Part shown: piece by piece, positions 58,400 to 64,000 of the stretch
Numbering within the stretch: position 1 is the first letter of the stretch
Layout of the letters: each line of letters starts with the position of its first letter
Source: Podarcis filfolensis
Lineage: Eukaryota
Assembly (NCBI GenBank): GCA_964270895.1
Contig: OZ185447.1
Strand: one strand, 5' to 3'
DNA length: 64,000 nucleotides
Notes under the pieces: model-generated
What the model was told of the DNA's origin: nothing
What the model saw: the letters and a program-made list of their open reading frames with translations, nothing else
Database searches by the model: none
Program-made: the position numbers and the translations under genes

Positions 58400-58925
58400 C
58401 TACTCGAGAAAGAGGGGGAATTGCAAGAAAGAATGAATTATGGCAGGTGGGTACAACACTCTCAACAGAAAAAATGTAAATATGTAAGGACTGGAGTTAC
58501 ATATATGTGTATATTCAGCTGTATTTAGGAATACATGTTCACATGATTGTCTTCTAGCTGTATTGTGATGCATACTGGAGAAACATGTTCGCATTCTTTT
58601 GACTCAATGGGAAGCAGGGCTTCATTTGAGTCAAGGCTAAGCTGGGCTGAGCCTTCAGAGTCACAGCACAGCATTGGAGCAAATGGAAGGAATGTGCACT
58701 GCTGGGCATGTGCAGAGCACATTTCCTATGCTACAAGTGAGGCATATCCTACTCAGCTAGGACAGAGGATGCAGCTTTGATCTCCTCTTTTAGAAACATA
58801 TCAGCACCTCTGAAAGTATGTGCCACAATAGACAGCCTCTGACTACTTGTGTCTAATCTTTTGAAGACGGCCTGTGTTGTTATGTTGGATATGTTGAACA
58901 AGACGAGACAAATACATTCACTTAC

Positions 58926-59240
58926 CACAGCCACGGATCACTCGTATCACTGCGTTTCCAGAAGGGTGGTCAGCCTTGCAGTAAAATGGATAATACTTTG
59001 TCCAATCAGCAGATGGGACAAGTGCCTGGGAACTCGCGGTGTAAGTCCCACTGGAGCCGAGTACTGAAGGAAACTTCTTGGACGTGATTGTACTGTCGCT
59101 GACATTGTTCTTATTGTTCCAGGAGAAAGTGACCGAGTCAGGAAGGAAATTCTTGGCCAAGCACCCGATGGTGACCTTTTCACTGCCCTCGCTCCCAGGA
59201 GAAGCAATGAGAGGGAAAAGAGATGGGGCAGCTGAGGGAA
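58926..59240 (-). CDS. IGHM: Ig mu1 heavy chain CH1 exon
   Basis: Acceptor ttctccctcAG, donor GTAAGT; 315 nt phase 1; VPSAAPSLFPLIASPGSEGSEKVTIGCLAKNFLPDSVTFSW...PFYCKADHPSGNAVIRVIRGC; C1-set C-W-C pattern. Confidence 0.95.
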
Positions 59241-61251
59241 CTGAGGGAGAAGAAAAGCAGAAGGGTGGAGGGTTTTTGGAAGGTGTTAAAAGTTCAGCTG
59301 GGGTTAACTAACTGAAAGGAAGCGAACCGTTGCATTGTTGGGAAAGAGAGACAAGGGTATCAAACATGAGTATATGTGTGTTATTGGATGGATGGTTGTA
59401 TTGTTGAGGTGATTTTCAACACAAAATCAACATTTTGGATGTATTTGTGTTTAACCCCATTCTGCATGAAATATACCCAGTCTTCTCCCTCCTTCTCTTT
59501 GTAAGCAGAATTCCCTTTCTCCTAGTTCTCAGCCATAACTTATAGCTAGTGTAGGGTGTTTAAGAACCTGAGCTATGAACTTGGGAGTCTAGTCAGTCCA
59601 GACATACATGACCTTAGCCTCATCACTCTGGACCACTTCAGAAACAATATTGTTGTAAGAATTGCACAGTTAATGAACATACAGCACCTGGCGAAAGTGT
59701 ATAAATATGTACAGCATTGTTACTGAATAGCATCAGCTGGAGAAACACACTGCCTAATATTCCCCTTTCATCACCACTGGCCAAAGCTCTGAAAAGAAAT
59801 GTTGGTTATGCTTCTCTATAATAACCATCAGAAAGGCTATTTACTCTCAGTGAAGGAGCAAGAACCACCGGAAAAGCTGTTTCATTATGTCCATTATCCA
59901 GAGGTCCATGCTAGGAACCATTTTTATAACAACCATAAAGCACAACCCTATCCTTGTCTACTCAAAGGTAAGTCCCACTGAATATAATGGGCCGTATAAG
60001 TGCATACAAAAGTAAGAGCATATAAAATCTAAGCAGAAATGAGCTGGCAGTGAGGAGAATGCAACTGGAGTAGAAACATTGTGAGGCTGTTCGTTTTGCT
60101 TTCTGTGGAGTTCACATCTGGCTTATTCTGTTGTACAGTATTTGCTTCATTACAACACTTCTAGAGAGTCAGCTGCACCCTCTGAAATGGTCACATTTTT
60201 TTAAAAGTGGGCAATGTCAGGCGCGGTAAAATGGAATGAAGATTTCAAGATTTCGAGGAGCACGCAGACTTTCTTGCAAAATCACGAGCCATTTCATATT
60301 CTGATTACCGTTCAACACTGCTATGTTATACAGTACCCTTCCATACCAGAACAGCATAACCAGCAAAAGAATCAAAATGATTTTTGTAAAAGGAAACTCA
60401 ATCACTTCAAAGAAAGCTAATTCAACAGAAATATGACATCTTTCATTGTACTACATTTATTGACACCATGAATCTCCTTAGCTATATCTAATGCAGTAAG
60501 CCCTTGACCCCTTTTAAACCATCAAAGGGAATCTGCACTGTGTTGCAGGTTAATATTTCTGACACCAATGAGCACCCCCCCATATAAAGCACAAAGCAAT
60601 GGTTAAATAGTGATTATTCCCTGGCTAAACTCGCAACTATTTCAGATGGGTTGTCATAGCTTTTTGCTCTGCACAAACGAAGGGCAGAGCAGCAGCCATA
60701 GGCACCCTGACCTGTTTCTTCATTCGGCAATTAGAATCTGTGAGACTAAAACACATACATAGTTATGGTTGCCAACTGACCAGGAAAACTGCTCTGCTCT
60801 TCTCCTGTGCCTTTAGCAGCAACTTGATGCGCGGAAATCAGCAGGTGACCTTTGTCACAGCAGGGATGTCAGCGTATCAGACTGCTGTTAAGGGTGCAGC
60901 TACTCTGGTCTGTTGAAATGGCGGCAAAGGTGCCCAAATAAAACAAGTGATATACAATCGAGTACAGCTATGCTGAATGAGAGAGACCTGAACTCTGTTC
61001 CAATACAACAACTGTATCTAATGCAATCTCAAGTCTGAAGCTGTCCAGGATGCAACATGGGTCATCCATGGCTGGTTCAGTAGCCATCTTGATTGCACAT
61101 TATGAAGCTTATAATTTTCCAGCTAGTCTTGTGCTAGTACTGGCAAACCAAAGGAGTTGCAAAAACTATGCTGGGCTGGGAGATTTGCAGGTTTGTGGAC
61201 ACTGGAAAGGAGGTACCTTTCCCTCCCCCGCCAGCCATCCTAAGCAATATA

Positions 61252-61476
61252 CAGTGGTACATCAGGTTACATACGCTTCAGGTTACATACGCTTCAGGTT
61301 ACAGACTCCGCTAACCCAGAAATAGTGCTTCAGGTTAAGAACTTTGCTTCAGGATGAGAACAGAAATCGGGCTCCAGAGGCGCGGCGGCAGCAGGAGGCC
61401 CCATTAGCTAAAGTGGTGCTTCAGGTTAAGTACAGACCTCCGGAACAAATTAAGTACTTAATCTGAGGTACCACTG
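61252..61476 (+). mobile_element. Tc1/mariner (Tigger-like) MITE
   Basis: Same family as 3377; TA duplication. Confidence 0.9.
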
Positions 61477-61499
61477 TAGAATGGAGAGATTTGCATGTC

Positions 61500-64000
61500 T
61501 TCCTACCCAGAGCTGGGCATGGGAGAGCCAGGAGGAAGCTGGCTGAGCCACTAACCTCCCCACAAATGGTGCTGAGATATGCCTCTCAAATGTCCCCCAC
61601 CTGGCTCCTGATGCTTGCAATCACTTGGGGATGAGGCTGAGCGGCTCCTTCCATGTTTCTCAAAGACACTGCTGAGCTGTGTGGATTGAATACCTTCAAA
61701 TGGAGTGCCAGGTTTTAGGGAGGCAGGCAGAGGTGGGCGAGGTGGAGACAAATTGCTTACCTCAAAGCCTTTCTAAAACCTGGACTAAACTGAAGTTCCC
61801 AGCCCCTATTGAACATAGGAGGCTGAATTATACCATTGGGTCAGACCATTGGGTCCATATAGCACAGTACTGTCCGCATTGCCTGCCAGCACCTCTCCAG
61901 GATTTGTGCCATCCCTTGAGCTACGGCTCTTTCCATGGGCTCGTGTATGAGGTTCTTAAAACAGCTGGGAGAAATTATTTGCTCTCCTCAGCTTGTCTCA
62001 AATCTGCTTCTGAGTTAGCAAGCTTTCTGCCTCCCGGTTAAGTGTTAAGCTTCAGGGTGGCTAGGCTGGGGACACAGTTGCTTTTTCCAGCCTTCTCAAA
62101 GCTTGTGCCACACAGCTCTCAACAGGGAACCATGCAATTCTTTCAGCTGAGTATATGCACTCGGGGAGGACAGGGTGAAGGAGCCAGCCCTCCCCAAGCC
62201 AGTGCTGATCTTGGAGGTTTGCAAGGCTCCTAGCTGAGAATCAGGCCTCGTAGAAATCCCTGTTGCATCTCCAACCCTCTTATATAGCTCTGAAAAACTC
62301 GCCTCCTAGGTGAGAGGTGGGCTTTGGAGAAGCAAGGGGGCTGCTGGTGCTTTCCCCATCATTTTGATCCTGCACCATAGCTATAGCTGCTGGAAATCTG
62401 AGAAGCTTACCTGCATCACAGCTCAACGCTGGGCTTCCACGAAATTAGGGAATGCCAAAAATTGCCCCCATCACAGAAGCCAGAAATGAAGGCAAACCCA
62501 CTCAGCTCTTGCCTAGCTAAGCCCTGGGCTCCAGAGAGAGCCCAGCTGCCTCTCTGTCCCAACTCCAGCTGCTATAGCACTGGAAATATTTCTTATCTCA
62601 GGGCTGAGCGGTGAGCTTCAGAGAAGCTGGAGCTTTGCCCATCAGCCATCCAGTTTTTCCTCAGCTGAGCACTCAGCTTCAGAAAGACTCTGGGTACTCC
62701 TCCAACTCAGCTAGAACTGCTATAGATCTCCATGCTTGCATGTACCGGTAGTTCTCTTTCCAACAACCTAAGGGGCTTCCGAAAGCTTCCCCCAATCATT
62801 CTCAGAGCCAGAGCTGATCAGCAAGCCCTCCAAGCTGTTCCCCAGTTGAGCCATCAGCTTCAGAGAGATTCTCACTTTTCCCTCTGCCCTTGCTATTGCT
62901 GCTATGGATTGGAAAAGCTTGCATAAGAAAAAGCTAGGGGCTTTTTGACACTATTTCCAAAGCTGTATGTCAGCAGGAAAACGCACAGCTCTCTCTCAGC
63001 TCAGCGCTGGGCTTCAGAGAGACCTTGGTTTGCTCCTTGGTCCTCATCTCTGGCTGCCATTGATCTGAAAAGTTTGCAAGTCCCCCAGAGGAGCAGTCAA
63101 GGGAGCTAGGCGGTTGCCAGATCTCCTGCCGCAATCATTCTGAAAGCTGCAGCCAAGATGGGAGCCATCCAGCTCTTTCTCAGCAGAACACTGGGCTTCA
63201 GGCTTTGGCTGGCTGGTCTCCCTGCCCTAGGTTCAGCTGCTATCAGTCTAAAACTGAAACAGATTTGAGACACGGTTTGCATGGATCCCAGCTCAGTGCT
63301 GGGCTTCAATGCAAGCCAGTGGGTCTCGAGAGTTTCCCACATAGTTCCCAAGCCCAGAAATCTATGGGGAACAATGGAGCTTTCTCCTAGCTGAGCATTT
63401 GGCTATAGAGAGAATATGGCTGCTCCTCCAGCTTAGCTACAGCTGCCAGAGGCAGGAGAGGCTTACATTCATCTCAGATGAGTCTTAGGCTTCAGAGACA
63501 TTAGTCGGCTACCAGCAGCTTCCCCCATCATTTCCAAAGCCAGAGCTGAGGGGCGAAACTGCCCAGCTCTTACCCAGCAAAGCACTGAAAGACTCCAGTT
63601 ACATCCCCAACCCAGCTACAGCTTTGGATGACCTAGGGAGCTGCTGGAACCTTCCCTATCATTCTCAAGAGTCCCAGCAGAGTCCTGAGCCACCCAGCCC
63701 GGCCCTGGCTAAGTGGTGGCCCCAGTTGTCACTGCTGTAGCTCTGTTAAAATTTCCTCACTCCTAGCTAGGCAGTGGGCTTCAGAAAAACTAGGGGACTG
63801 CTGCTGGTGCTTTGCCCACCATTCCCAGAGACACAGTTGAACACCAAGCCATCCAGCTCTTCTGCAACTGAGTACTGGGCTTTAGTTTGCCCTTCTAGCC
63901 TCATCTGTAGCTGCTACAGCTCCAAAAATATTTCCTAGCTCCTAGCCAAGCGGTTGGCTTCAGATAAGCTAAGCGACTGCCGGTGCTTTCCCTGCCGTTT
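61500..64000 (-). other. Switch region S-mu1 (AGCT-rich, runs off right edge)
   Basis: Hand count of about 54 AGCT in 61981-64000 versus about 8 expected at 1/256; degenerate repeats; lies 5' of mu1 CH1 as switch regions do. Confidence 0.85.

Noticed and set aside
60000-64000. Intronic E-mu enhancer or JH segments
   Set aside because: No RSS, WGXG motif or convincing enhancer cluster; these should lie beyond the right edge.

Overview
Vertebrate (squamate, probably lacertid lizard, judged from Sauria SINE, RTE/BovB-type LINE ends and Tigger-like MITEs) immunoglobulin heavy-chain constant-region locus, entirely on the minus strand. In transcriptional order (high to low coordinates): AGCT-rich switch region (61.5-64 kb); mu gene 1 (CH1-CH4 + secretory tailpiece, M1, M2; 59240-51185); a complete delta gene with 11 intact CH exons plus TM1/TM2 (45870-30318); a 180-N assembly gap; a putative I-exon/promoter and second AGCT-rich switch region (19.4-23 kb); a second complete mu-type gene (16163-7932; about 50% amino-acid identity to mu1 in CH4); and a paralogous copy of the I-exon/switch cassette (0.3-4.3 kb) predicting a third constant gene just left of the window. 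All exon boundaries were read by hand (GT-AG; CH exons phase 1). Most notable: the second mu gene looks like a class-switched polymeric isotype whose I-region carries a Smad/Runx cluster reminiscent of the TGF-beta element of mammalian I-alpha (candidate IgA substitute); mu1 and mu2 differ in CH1 cysteines; a ~710-bp near-perfect palindrome sits between mu1 M2 and Cdelta1; and there are candidate secretory ends for IgD. Most short ORFs in the supplied track are incidental.
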